This document shows, piece by piece, positions 7,597 to 16,012 of a stretch of 33,088 nucleotides of DNA. Source of the DNA: Candidatus Falkowbacteria bacterium (GTDB lineage: Bacteria > Patescibacteriota > Patescibacteriia > Patescibacteriales > UBA12465). The DNA is taken from NCBI GenBank assembly GCA_903839955.1, contig CAIMEI010000053.1, forward strand, positions 1-33,088, given 5' to 3'. The position numbers and the translations under genes are program-made. Position 1 is the first letter of the stretch; every line of letters starts with the position of its first letter. Below the pieces are notes generated by a model, which was not told the origin of the DNA, searched no databases, and saw only the letters and a list, made by a program, of their open reading frames with translations.

Positions 7597-9465
7597 TTAG
7601 GGCAAAGATTGGTCGCCGCTTTCCAGATCCATTTTGTGCACCGCGCCACTGGGAACGACTAAGCTGGCGCTTTCAATCCGGCTGCCGCTCTGGCGCTGCC
7701 AATATAATTGATAATTCCCGGCCTGGTATTGAGAAAAAATTCTGTCCGGCAATTGATAGGTCAAATCCACTGCCCCGCTTTTTTGAGTATCAACGGTAAA
7801 GAAAAAACCGAAGATTGTTTTGTTGAGCGCTAAGTCGTCCGTCGCGTCCACGGCGCTGGCCGCCCCGTTGATGCTCAGCAGTTTGCTACCCAGAGGAACT
7901 AAGACGCGGGTGTAAGTACGGTATTTGGTGGTGCGCCAATCTTTGGTGCCGTCGTGGCGATAGCTCAAATGAAGAGAAGATTTAAGACTGGTGCCGCTCA
8001 GGCTCAAGGTGTCAGTCCAGTTCTTGCCGACCACGGCATCGCTTTTGAAAGCCGCCAGGTTGGCGTCCACGATCATCAGATAGTCACTGTCGGGATTTTT
8101 CACTTCTCCGGCCCAGCCGAAATTTTTCACCAGGTCTTCGCCGGCAGGATCGTTAAGGTAAATCTGAATATTTTTGGCGGCCAAATTTTTCTGGATGAGC
8201 GCTAGAATTTTCGGATAGTCTTGATAGGACAAAGCGAAAAGCCGTTTTTTGAGTTCGGTAAAAATATCATTAATCACCGCCTTGCGATCCCAGGAAGAAA
8301 TATTTTCTTTGGTGTAGCTCTGTTCCACTTCATACTGCAGAAGCTCTTGGAAATTATCTCCTTTATAGGTCACCTTATTCACTTCAATCGGGCCGACCAG
8401 GTCAATCAAATCGGCGGCGAGGGCGGGGTTGATGGAAATAACGCCGTTGAACTGGGCAGGCGTTTTCTTGTCCAGGACTAGCTCCCGGTCGTAAGTGGTC
8501 TGGATTTGCCGGGCCGAAGTCGGCCAGTCGGGCGACCAATTGGCATCGCGCAAAAACCAGCGGTCCACTTTGAGGTATTCCTTCAAGGGAGCAGGCGGAA
8601 CAAAGTCCATCGTGTCTTTGACCGGCATGTCTAGGTGATAAGTGTCTTCGGAAAAAAAGTTTTTCAAGCTGCCGTTTTGGATGTCCAAAATACCATAGGT
8701 CCCCAGGAAGCCGCCGCTCGGCCTTAACTCGTCGTTGTTTTGCAAGAGAATCAAAAATTTGGCTGGCTCGGGACTGCCAACAAAGAACTGGGAAAGCTCC
8801 GCCACTGGCACGGCCGAGTTCAAGAGCGAATCCGCTTCGGAAAGCTTTTGATCCAAATCATTAATCTGTGAAAAAACTGGCAAAAGAATGCCCACGCGGT
8901 GAATCTTGGTTAGATTGAGCTGGGCCAAGGCGAGGTCGGCCTTGATGCCATTGAGCTCCGGCGCCCCTTCTCTGGCTAGCTGGAAAAACTCCGCCTTCTT
9001 GGCGTCGGAAAGATTATTGAAGTTGCCGGTGGGCGAAGAATAGATGACCTGTTGGAAACGATCCGCCAAAACGGCGCCGCTTTCCACCGCTCGGCTGAGA
9101 ATTTCGCCGGTTTTGGTGAGATAGTTCAGGTCATCGATTTGATTGCGATAGACAAAAAAATTCTTCATCCAGGGCTTGGCGGCAATCACTGCCAAGTCGC
9201 TTTCAGCTTGGGAAAAACTGGCTTGCGCTTCTTCGGCCTGCTTGGCGGCGCCGGCAAAATCACGGGCCTTGGCCGCGGCGACCGCGCCGTTTAACTCGCC
9301 TTTAGCGCTTACTTCGGAAACATAGAAGGAACGGAAGCGGTTGATGGTCGGCAAAAAGAACAGCAAAAACAAAAGCACCGCCCCCACCAAAAGCCAGGAA
9401 ACGGTTTTAATTACTAATAAAATTACTTTGAGCCCCGTGCGGCGCCAAGACATATCTTTGACCAT
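7597..9465 (-). CDS. DUF4012 domain-containing membrane-anchored protein
   Basis: 622 aa. N-terminal TM (VILLVIKTVSWLLVGAVLLFLLFFL). Core motif LLQNNDELRPSGGFLGTYGILD, followed by RDANWSPDWP, is what I recognise as DUF4012. That family is common next to polysaccharide genes in Gram-positive and CPR genomes. Confidence 0.8.
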   Translation of the reverse strand: MVKDMSWRRTGLKVILLVIKTVSWLLVGAVLLFLLFFLPTINRFRSFYVSEVSAKGELNGAVAAAKARDFAGAAKQAEEAQASFSQAESDLAVIAAKPWMKNFFVYRNQIDDLNYLTKTGEILSRAVESGAVLADRFQQVIYSSPTGNFNNLSDAKKAEFFQLAREGAPELNGIKADLALAQLNLTKIHRVGILLPVFSQINDLDQKLSEADSLLNSAVPVAELSQFFVGSPEPAKFLILLQNNDELRPSGGFLGTYGILDIQNGSLKNFFSEDTYHLDMPVKDTMDFVPPAPLKEYLKVDRWFLRDANWSPDWPTSARQIQTTYDRELVLDKKTPAQFNGVISINPALAADLIDLVGPIEVNKVTYKGDNFQELLQYEVEQSYTKENISSWDRKAVINDIFTELKKRLFALSYQDYPKILALIQKNLAAKNIQIYLNDPAGEDLVKNFGWAGEVKNPDSDYLMIVDANLAAFKSDAVVGKNWTDTLSLSGTSLKSSLHLSYRHDGTKDWRTTKYRTYTRVLVPLGSKLLSINGAASAVDATDDLALNKTIFGFFFTVDTQKSGAVDLTYQLPDRIFSQYQAGNYQLYWQRQSGSRIESASLVVPSGAVHKMDLESGDQSLP

Positions 9466-10082
9466 TATTTTTTGTTTTTACTATTATCATCGTCATCAAC
9501 TAACACGATTTTTTTGCCGTGAATGATGTTGTAGATGAAAAAATCAGCGATATCTACCCGGTAACGGTACTCTTTGTAGTCCATGATGGTGTAGTTGAGT
9601 TCGCGGCCCAAGTCCTCTTCCAGCTTGCTGATTAACGGAACAACTTTTTCACGATTTACGCGCCCGACTAGGAGGATGTCCGTTTGCGATTTGGGATTGT
9701 TGACCAGCGTGCCGCTTAAAATAAGTATTTTCGGTGAACAAGCTGCTAATAATTTCTCGCCAAAATCATTACTGGAAAGAATCTGAGATTTCACAATCAA
9801 GGCCTTTATTTCCGGAAAGAGGACGAAGTCTTTGTTGACGTGATAAAACTTCTTCTCGGTTTTGTTGAGGACTTTTTTGACTTTCTTCCCGGAAAGCTCC
9901 CGGATCTCGTCTTCCACTAGCAAGCCAAAAGACTGGAGGTTTTCTAGTTCCCTGCGGATGGAATTGACTTGCATTTTCAAGTCCCGGGAAAGCTGGCGAA
10001 GATAAAATTTTTGTTCAGGGTTGAGAACGAAAATTTTGAGAATCTTGACCCGCGCCTGGGAGCCGAATAATTTGGTTAACAT
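9465..10082 (-). CDS. winged-helix (ArsR/MarR-like) transcriptional regulator with uncharacterised C-terminal domain
   Basis: wHTH pattern: LFGSQARVKILKIFVLNPEQKFYLRQLSRDLKMQVNSIRRELENLQSFGLL. I place the start at Met16 of the tracked ORF (ATG 10082) because a TTGACG-N17-TATCAT promoter lies inside the longer ORF. The stop overlaps the DUF4012 start (TAATG at 9467-9463). Confidence 0.75.
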   Translation of the reverse strand: MLTKLFGSQARVKILKIFVLNPEQKFYLRQLSRDLKMQVNSIRRELENLQSFGLLVEDEIRELSGKKVKKVLNKTEKKFYHVNKDFVLFPEIKALIVKSQILSSNDFGEKLLAACSPKILILSGTLVNNPKSQTDILLVGRVNREKVVPLISKLEEDLGRELNYTIMDYKEYRYRVDIADFFIYNIIHGKKIVLVDDDDNSKNKK

Positions 10083-10110
10083 TTGTTTATTCGCCACTTT
10101 GTTGTATAAT
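10082..10110 (+). promoter_or_regulatory. candidate extended -10 promoter for the 10172 gene (divergent, overlapping)
   Basis: TGTATAAT at 10103-10110. The -35 is poor (TTTGTT, 10082-10087). Confidence 0.35.
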
Positions 10111-10111
10111 A

Positions 10112-10140
10112 ATGATATAACAACCAACTGAAAGCGTCAA
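10112..10140 (-). promoter_or_regulatory. candidate promoter for the wHTH regulator / DUF4012 operon
   Basis: Minus strand: TTGACG (10140-10135), a 17-nt spacer, TATCAT (10117-10112). Confidence 0.45.
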
Positions 10141-10171
10141 ACTAAAAATTTACCCGAATCAAAATTTTTTT

Positions 10172-12433
10172 ATGTATAAAATCGCTCCCTTAATTCTCAA
10201 TTCCGGGAAAAAAACCGGCGGTGCCGGCCAGATTTTTATCGCCCAGCCGGACGCCCTCAAGGAAGATGTCGCCGGCAAACTATTCATTCTGTTTGAGGCC
10301 AAAGGCAAAAGCGCCGACTTGAGCCAAGTAGCGGATTTTTTGGTCGCCAACCTAAACTACTATTATTACGAAAACGAAAAGATTTCCCTGCTCGGCAAAG
10401 TCAAAGACTTGAAACCGGAAAATATTTTTGAAGGGGCGCTCGCCAAAACCAATTCCGAATTCTGGGAATGGCTCAACAACGAGAAACTTTCTTTCAACCC
10501 GGTAAACGCCAGCATCACCGCCGGCATCGTTTTGGAGCAAGAAATCCACTTCTCTTCCTTCGGTTCCAACACCATCAAGCTGATCTTCAAAAAAGGCGGC
10601 GGCTACGAAATTGTGGATCTTTTGAAAAATGAAACGGACCACGACGGCTTCGGCGATAAGCTTTTTTCTTCAGTGGTCAGCGGCCAATTGCCCGCCGACG
10701 CCTCCTTTGTCCTCACCAACGAAGCTTTACCGGAATATGTTTCCGAAGATGACCTGAAAAGTATTGTTTCCAAATTGCCGCCGATTAGCGCCGCCGAACA
10801 GTTGAAAAACCTGCTGGCCGCCTCCAACTCCTTCGTTCCCTTCCTGGGAATTATCGTCAAAAGCACCAAATTGGGGGCAGAAAACCGTGAAGTGGCCTAT
10901 AGCGATTCGGCGAGCGCCCACTCTTCCATGAATAACCTCAATTATACTGAGGAAAAAACTGAACGCTTACTGTCGCCCATCGGCGCTTTTAATATCCGCA
11001 AAGGCGTCAAAAAAGCCAGCGGATTTTTAGAACGATTCATGCCGCGGCCGAAAGATCCGGAAATTAAAGCAGATAGTTACAAAGAAGAAATTAATCGTTC
11101 GCCTCTGATCTCACCGATCAGCGCTGGCCCGCAAAGAATTGAGATTTCCGAACCGATGCGCCGCCGCAGCAATCAGAAAAAAAGCGCCGGTCCAAATTTC
11201 CGTGGCATCATGAGTGCGGGCGCTTCCGCCACCGTCGTGGGAATCAAAAAAAGCGGCCAGCTTTTTAGCCTGACTTTCTGGAAAAATTTGCCGCAGAAAA
11301 TCAAAGCTTGGTTTTTGGCCCTCAATCTTCAGCAAAAATTCTTGGCCGGCATTTTATTATTCGGCTGTCTTTTCTTGGCCTACAACCTATTATTCACCGG
11401 CAAAATCAATAAGTCCCGAGAAGAAGGCAAATTATTCACCGCCACGATTTCCAGCACCAAAGACAAGGAAGATCAGATTGACTCCTATTTGCTCTACGGC
11501 AACGAAGAGGGCGCCAAAATCATCGCTGGTAAAATTGAAAGCGACTTGGACGGTCTCAGCCAAAAACAGAAAAATAGCAACGACTTCAAGACCGTCAATG
11601 ATCGTTTCACGGCTCAGCTGGCCAAAATTGAGCACCTCAACAAAGTAGAAGCCACGGCCGTTTTTGACTTCGCCACCACTTTGCCCGGCGCCAATCCAGA
11701 AACAATTTATTTAAAAGATTTTACTCTTTTCGCCTTTGATAGCAGCTCAAAAACCTCTTTCTTGTATGATCTCAAAAATTCCGACGCCAGTAAAAACGCC
11801 GTTAGCAAATTGAATTCACCGATTTTCGGCACAAGCGACAAAGCCGGCGTCGTCTACCTGTTTAGCGGCGACAACATTGGCAAATTAGACGCCGCCCAGA
11901 ATTCTTTCAGCTTCACCCCGGTGACCCTGGGCGCCAATCAAACAATCGTCAGCTTTGACACCTACGCCAACAAAGCTTACCTGCTCAATTCTGGCGATGG
12001 CCAAATCTACCGCTACGTCATCAAAGACGGCAGTTATCAAGGAAGCGAAGCGCGCCTCGCCACTCCGGCGGGCACTGACGCCGCCTCCTTCACCATCGAC
12101 AAGCTTTCTGATAACAGCCCAATTTTCCTAGCGAAAAAAGATGGTGAAATTCAAAAATATCTCAACGGCGAAAAACAAAATTTCAGCTCCGATTCACTTA
12201 TGCCAATCACGAGCGGCGTTTCCAAAATAATCTTAGACGGCAAAAATATCTATCTGGTTGACCGCCAAGAGAAAAGAATTATTGCTTTCACTCTGGACGC
12301 AGGCAAGACGCACGCCAAATTCCGCGCCCAATACGAATTTACCAATCTCAGCGAGCTCAAAGACGCCACCATCACCGGCAACACCGCCTATCTGCTCAGC
12401 GGCAGTAAAGTTTATAGCGCCGTGTTGAAATAA
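10172..12433 (+). CDS. large hypothetical single-pass membrane protein (degenerate PP2C-like N-terminal region, beta-propeller-like C-terminal region)
   Basis: 753 aa. One central TM (FLAGILLFGCLFLAYNLLF). The N-terminal 200 aa resemble the PPM/SpoIIE layout (ITAGIVLEQEIHFSSFGSNTIKLIFKKGG ... SFVLTNEALPEYVSEDDL) but lack the catalytic Asp residues. The C-terminal half is repeat-like and beta-rich. Confidence 0.7.
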   Translation: MYKIAPLILNSGKKTGGAGQIFIAQPDALKEDVAGKLFILFEAKGKSADLSQVADFLVANLNYYYYENEKISLLGKVKDLKPENIFEGALAKTNSEFWEWLNNEKLSFNPVNASITAGIVLEQEIHFSSFGSNTIKLIFKKGGGYEIVDLLKNETDHDGFGDKLFSSVVSGQLPADASFVLTNEALPEYVSEDDLKSIVSKLPPISAAEQLKNLLAASNSFVPFLGIIVKSTKLGAENREVAYSDSASAHSSMNNLNYTEEKTERLLSPIGAFNIRKGVKKASGFLERFMPRPKDPEIKADSYKEEINRSPLISPISAGPQRIEISEPMRRRSNQKKSAGPNFRGIMSAGASATVVGIKKSGQLFSLTFWKNLPQKIKAWFLALNLQQKFLAGILLFGCLFLAYNLLFTGKINKSREEGKLFTATISSTKDKEDQIDSYLLYGNEEGAKIIAGKIESDLDGLSQKQKNSNDFKTVNDRFTAQLAKIEHLNKVEATAVFDFATTLPGANPETIYLKDFTLFAFDSSSKTSFLYDLKNSDASKNAVSKLNSPIFGTSDKAGVVYLFSGDNIGKLDAAQNSFSFTPVTLGANQTIVSFDTYANKAYLLNSGDGQIYRYVIKDGSYQGSEARLATPAGTDAASFTIDKLSDNSPIFLAKKDGEIQKYLNGEKQNFSSDSLMPITSGVSKIILDGKNIYLVDRQEKRIIAFTLDAGKTHAKFRAQYEFTNLSELKDATITGNTAYLLSGSKVYSAVLK

Positions 12434-12455
12434 GAAATTATTCATCAACTCCACC

Positions 12456-12482
12456 AAAAAACACCCTCAGCGGGTGTTTTTT
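12456..12482. terminator. bidirectional intrinsic terminator between the 753-aa gene and rplL
   Basis: AAAAAACACCC, loop TCAGC, GGGTGTTTTTT: a 6-bp GC-rich stem flanked by A- and T-runs. Confidence 0.65.
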
Positions 12483-12509
12483 GTCGAAATATTTTCCTTT
12501 GTTTAAAGC

Positions 12510-12908
12510 TTATTTCAAAGTGACTTTGGCGCCGGCTTCTTCCAATTCTTTCTTGATTTTTTCGGCTTCTTCCTTCTTCACACCTTCGCGTACTAATTTC
12601 GGAGCGGCATCAACCAAATCCTTGGCTTCTTTCAAGCCGAGCTCGGTGATAGTGCGAACCACTTTGATCACGTTGATCTTGCTAGCACCACTGTCGGTCA
12701 ATTCGATGTCAAAAGTGTCTTTCACTTCCGCAGCTTCAGCTGGGGCGGCAGCGGCAGACATCATCATGGCTGGGGCGGCAGCAGAAACGCCGAATTTTTC
12801 TTCTAAGATTTTTACTAACTCAGCTAAGTCCAAGACTGACATCTTTTCAATTTCGCTGACGAGGGAGGCGAACTTGGCCGGTACCTCGATTTCTTTTTTG
12901 TCTTCCAT
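12510..12908 (-). CDS. rplL: 50S ribosomal protein L7/L12
   Basis: 132 aa. It has an Ala-rich hinge ([18 protein letters not shown]) and the conserved C-terminal domain ([56 protein letters not shown]). Confidence 0.96.
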   Translation of the reverse strand: MEDKKEIEVPAKFASLVSEIEKMSVLDLAELVKILEEKFGVSAAAPAMMMSAAAAPAEAAEVKDTFDIELTDSGASKINVIKVVRTITELGLKEAKDLVDAAPKLVREGVKKEEAEKIKKELEEAGAKVTLK

Positions 12909-12948
12909 AGTTTTAAAGTTAATTATTTTTTAAATTCTGAGCTTGAGC

Positions 12949-13476
12949 CTAGGCTTTTTGCTCTTCAATGGCTTTTAAGACGTACACTAAATTGCGCAGA
13001 TTGCCGGATAAAGCATTGACGAAACCGGAAATCGGAGCATTCAAGGAACCAACCAGCTTGGCATACAGCTCAGTCTTGCTCGGTAATTTGGCCAAAGCGA
13101 CCACTTCTTCCTGGGAGAGCAATTTGCCGTCCAAGAGGCCGCCGAGAAAGAAAATATTTTTTTCTTTGCCCTTGGCGAAAGCGTGTACCGCTTTAACGGG
13201 CGAAACTTCGTCTTCATAAGAGAAGATCGCCGCGATCTTACCGTCAAAACCGCGAGCATTCAAGCCCTCAATCCCTTGATTTTTGAAAGCCAAGTTCATC
13301 AAAGTCTTTTTAGCGACATAGTACTCGCCTTTTTCGGCGCGCAATTTTTCGCGTAAAGATTCGTTGTCCTTCACTCCCAAAGCATTAAAACCAGCGAAAA
13401 CAATAGATTTGGATTTTCCGATCTTTGCTTCCAGACTGCGCAGGATTTCCTGCTTTTGGATTTTTGATTTTGGCAT
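12949..13476 (-). CDS. rplJ: 50S ribosomal protein L10
   Basis: Typical L10 sequence (KSKSIVFAGFNALGVKDNESLREKLRAEKGEYYVAKKTLMNLA ...) directly upstream of rplL. I prefer the start at MPKSKIQ (ATG 13476) over the tracked ATG at 13497. Confidence 0.93.
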   Translation of the reverse strand: MPKSKIQKQEILRSLEAKIGKSKSIVFAGFNALGVKDNESLREKLRAEKGEYYVAKKTLMNLAFKNQGIEGLNARGFDGKIAAIFSYEDEVSPVKAVHAFAKGKEKNIFFLGGLLDGKLLSQEEVVALAKLPSKTELYAKLVGSLNAPISGFVNALSGNLRNLVYVLKAIEEQKA

Positions 13477-13744
13477 ATTATCAAAATATTTGTGCATTTT
13501 TCCGCTACGGGTTTTTTCTGGGGCAAAAACTAACTAACGTTATTTTTTGCTTAACGAAAAAACAGTAGCGAGAAAAACCCACAAATATTTGATAAACAGC
13601 TAATAAATAACCGTTTATCTTATTCTAAATAAAAAAAGCGACCTTTCGGCCACAGAGAGAAAATTAGCTAAAAATAGCTAAATAATCGCCTCGGCAAGAC
13701 TTATGTTGGTGCTTGCGGTCTGTGGCTTCGTTTTTGTTACTTAA
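13477..13744 (-). promoter_or_regulatory. structured 5' leader of rplJ (L10-leader-like attenuator)
   Basis: About 260 nt lie between the promoter and the start. A long-range 8-bp helix joins 13719-13726 and 13649-13656 (minus-strand reading GCCACAGA / TCTGTGGC). It is followed on the transcript by a GAAA-tetraloop hairpin (13641-13652) and a 7-U run (13631-13637). Further mutually exclusive helices lie next to the start codon (GGGTTTTT/AAAAAACCC and CGCTAC/GTAGCG). Confidence 0.45.
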
Positions 13745-13772
13745 ATAATAGCATAAATCCACGGAGTGTCAA
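13745..13772 (-). promoter_or_regulatory. sigma70-type promoter of the rplJL operon
   Basis: Minus strand: TTGACA (13772-13767), a 16-nt spacer, TATTAT (13750-13745). Confidence 0.6.
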
Positions 13773-13817
13773 GGTTTGAATAAAATTAAAAAAGACCCAT
13801 TTTTTGTAAACGGATCT

Positions 13818-14261
13818 TTAAGTTTTGATGAACTGAAAGTGATTGTTCTGACAGTCCACTATAATACCCTGCCCCTCGGGGATGGTTTTAAAAATTTCTA
13901 AGTTGGTAAACAAATAATGCTCGCCAAAGTACTTAGGGAAACGATCGCAATACTTGAAATTACTGACCAAGATGAGGTTGTCCTCGGCTTTAGACTCCAA
14001 AATTTCCAATAATTCGTGGAGCATCGCCGGACCAGCACCTGTCAAAAGCGGCTGTTCCTCGATAAAATAAATTAATTTTTCCGAGATTATCTGCGCACTC
14101 TCCTTGAAGATTAAGCCGGGCGGACTAAGAATTAAGCCCGAAGGTCCCTTTAGAACGGCGGCTAATTTTAAGGCGACGTTTTCCATTTTTTGCCGACCGA
14201 CCAATGATAAATGCCCATTCAAACCAAGGGCGCCATGATTAACCATTACTAATTTTTTCAT
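13818..14261 (-). CDS. histidine-phosphatase-superfamily paralog with degenerate catalytic residues
   Basis: 147 aa. Collinear with the upstream paralog (MKKLVMVNHG... versus MKKLVIIRHG...), but RHG has become NHG and the second catalytic His region LVTHRE has become LVSNFK. Confidence 0.65.
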   Translation of the reverse strand: MKKLVMVNHGALGLNGHLSLVGRQKMENVALKLAAVLKGPSGLILSPPGLIFKESAQIISEKLIYFIEEQPLLTGAGPAMLHELLEILESKAEDNLILVSNFKYCDRFPKYFGEHYLFTNLEIFKTIPEGQGIIVDCQNNHFQFIKT

Positions 14262-14326
14262 AATTCCGAATTTTAAGATTGTTAATGTATGCCTTAAAAT
14301 TAGCGTTTTAAAATCGCCCTGTCAAA

Positions 14327-14815
14327 TCAAGAATTGGCTTCGTCCGCTCTTGAGACAAGCAATCTGACGACCTCAGCGCTTTCGCAATCTATCATTGCCC
14401 CCTCTCCTTTGGCAAGTACGGGGAAACGAAACTGCTTTTCTAGGGGCTTGCCCTTCATGGATGAGCGGAAAAAAAGAGGAAAATCTTCACAGTATTCACG
14501 GTGCGTTACTAATACTATAAACTCGACTTCATTCTCCCTTTCCCTAATCAACCTCAGGAGAGCGGGAAAATCCACCGGGCGCCTCTTTTCAGACCAAAGC
14601 AGTCTATGACTTTCAAAAGATATGCCTAACGTATCGGCAATTATGGTCGCACTTTCCGAGGCACGATCGGCAATTGAGCTTAGAATCAAAACTGACCGGC
14701 CAGCAACTTCTTTTTTTAATAGTTGCGCTAGTGCCGTAATTTGATCAATACCCTCTTCGGACAGGTGCCCGTTGGCGTCATAATCTCCATGTCTGATAAT
14801 TACTAACTTTTTCAT
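14327..14815 (-). CDS. histidine phosphatase family protein (SixA/PGAM-like)
   Basis: 162 aa. RHG motif at residues 8-10 (MKKLVIIRHGDYDANGHLSEEG). Also SS..DRASESA and LVTHRE, consistent with branch-1 histidine phosphatases. Confidence 0.8.
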   Translation of the reverse strand: MKKLVIIRHGDYDANGHLSEEGIDQITALAQLLKKEVAGRSVLILSSIADRASESATIIADTLGISFESHRLLWSEKRRPVDFPALLRLIRERENEVEFIVLVTHREYCEDFPLFFRSSMKGKPLEKQFRFPVLAKGEGAMIDCESAEVVRLLVSRADEANS

Positions 14816-14854
14816 GGTTGAATTTTTAATGAATCAAAATATTTTTATTCCCCG

Positions 14855-14883
14855 ATATTACTCTGTATTATCAATTCTGTCAA
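14855..14883 (-). promoter_or_regulatory. sigma70-type promoter for the histidine phosphatase pair
   Basis: Minus strand: TTGACA (14883-14878), a 17-nt spacer, TAATAT (14860-14855). Confidence 0.6.
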
Positions 14884-14884
14884 T

Positions 14885-14923
14885 AAAAAACCGTCTTCCT
14901 TGTTCAAGAAAACGGTTATTTTT
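14885..14923 (-). terminator. intrinsic terminator overlapping the 3' end of the AlaE-like gene
   Basis: AACCGTCTT...AAGAAAACGGTT forms an imperfect stem. It is flanked by an A-run (14885-14890, a U-run on the minus transcript) and a T-run. Confidence 0.5.
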
Positions 14924-15428
14924 GGCGTTTTGCCCGGCGGTGATAATAATTTCTGGTTTTATCCAGAATAAAGCCGTAGAGCCAGCCCATAAATAAGTTG
15001 TCCAATATGTACAGTCCTGAGACGCGGAGAATGATTTTAATGCCAACGCCAACAAATAGGGCGACGCCAACATAAATCGGGATCTGATAAACCGAGAGGG
15101 CCAAAGCGTCAGAGAGCGCCCGGCGAAACCAGTGCCCGTTCAAGCGGACCCGGAACCAATCAATCAGACATCCCAGAAAATAAGCGCCAGCGAAGCGAAT
15201 GACATTGTAGATGATTCTCACCTCCCACCATTGCCTCATGTTAGTTCCGCCTAAAACTACTTCATAAAAAATAGTTAAGGCGCTAGTGATAATCCCGAAG
15301 ATTATCATGGTGACGGTATTGATTTTTATTTCTACCCAGGGAATTTTCAAATTCTTCCTGGCAGAAAATCCCAGCGGGATAGCCAGCGTTTTGGCACGCT
15401 GCAAACAGAAAAATTTGATTTTTTTCAT
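14916..15428 (-). CDS. alaE: L-alanine exporter AlaE family membrane protein
   Basis: 170 aa with 4 hydrophobic segments. From memory of E. coli AlaE, the C-terminal half aligns well: SDALALSVYQIPIYVGVALFVGVGIKIILRVSGLYILDNLFMGWLYGFILDKTR versus [55 protein letters not shown]. Confidence 0.65.
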   Translation of the reverse strand: MKKIKFFCLQRAKTLAIPLGFSARKNLKIPWVEIKINTVTMIIFGIITSALTIFYEVVLGGTNMRQWWEVRIIYNVIRFAGAYFLGCLIDWFRVRLNGHWFRRALSDALALSVYQIPIYVGVALFVGVGIKIILRVSGLYILDNLFMGWLYGFILDKTRNYYHRRAKRQK

Positions 15429-15478
15429 GGAAATTTTTTATTTGTTAATGAATCATGGCGCCCAGAGGAGCCAAGATA

Positions 15479-15507
15479 AAATTACTCTCTTTTTGACAAT
15501 TCGTCAA
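15479..15507 (-). promoter_or_regulatory. candidate promoter for the AlaE-like gene
   Basis: Minus strand: TTGACG (15507-15502), a 17-nt spacer, TAATTT (15484-15479). The -35 is part of an inverted repeat, TTTGAC-N5-GTCAAA. Confidence 0.5.
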
Positions 15508-15508
15508 A

Positions 15509-15536
15509 CAAAAAAGACGGCTCTTTGGGCCGTCCT
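15509..15536 (-). terminator. intrinsic terminator after the LMW-PTP gene
   Basis: On the minus transcript: GACGGC, a 7-nt loop, GCCGTC, followed by TTTTTT (plus-strand A-run 15510-15515). Confidence 0.65.
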
Positions 15537-15556
15537 TCCTGTTCTGAATAAATATT

Positions 15557-16012
15557 TTAGACTAATTTATTTTTCACCAGCCACTCCTCAACGTGCTCCT
15601 TGATGACGGCAAAAGTTTCTTTGGCAAACTGAACTGCTTTTTCCTGGTCGCCGCCGTTAACAGCCAAAAGTTCGTCGGGCATATCGGCGATATACCAAAT
15701 TTCATAGGCTTTTAGGTCACAGCCCAGTTCCTCACAACAAAAATCGTATTGTTTGACGCTCATGAAAATCAGTTCGTCCTGGTTCTCGATGATTTCTTTA
15801 GTGCTTTGAATCCAGTGCAAGGAAGCATATTTTTCCAAACCCTCTTCTTCCAAAAGATCGACGGTATAACCACCGATGGCGCCGTTAAGGTTACGCTTTG
15901 CTTCGATGCCACTGGAACTCACAGTGAGGCCAGGAATGTTTTTTGACTTCAAATAGGCTTCCGCCAAGCGACTGCGGAAGGTGTTGCCGGTGCAGACAAA
16001 ATGGATTTTCAT
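15557..16012 (-). CDS. low-molecular-weight protein-tyrosine phosphatase / ArsC-like
   Basis: 151 aa. N-terminal P-loop MKIHFVCTGNTFRSRLAEAYL (C-x5-R-S). Confidence 0.85.
   Translation of the reverse strand: MKIHFVCTGNTFRSRLAEAYLKSKNIPGLTVSSSGIEAKRNLNGAIGGYTVDLLEEEGLEKYASLHWIQSTKEIIENQDELIFMSVKQYDFCCEELGCDLKAYEIWYIADMPDELLAVNGGDQEKAVQFAKETFAVIKEHVEEWLVKNKLV

Noticed and set aside
12481-12933. 150-aa plus-strand ORF
   Set aside because: It is exactly antisense to rplL. Its low-complexity S/A/F-rich translation mirrors the K/E/A-rich L7/L12 frame, and the L7/L12 identity on the minus strand is unambiguous.
13477-13497. Tracked rplJ start at ATG 13497 (MHKYFDNMPKSK...)
   Set aside because: L10 proteins normally begin close to the MPKSK-type sequence. 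The upstream ATG lies within the predicted leader helix (GTAGCGG...). I chose ATG 13476, but the difference is only 7 codons and is uncertain.
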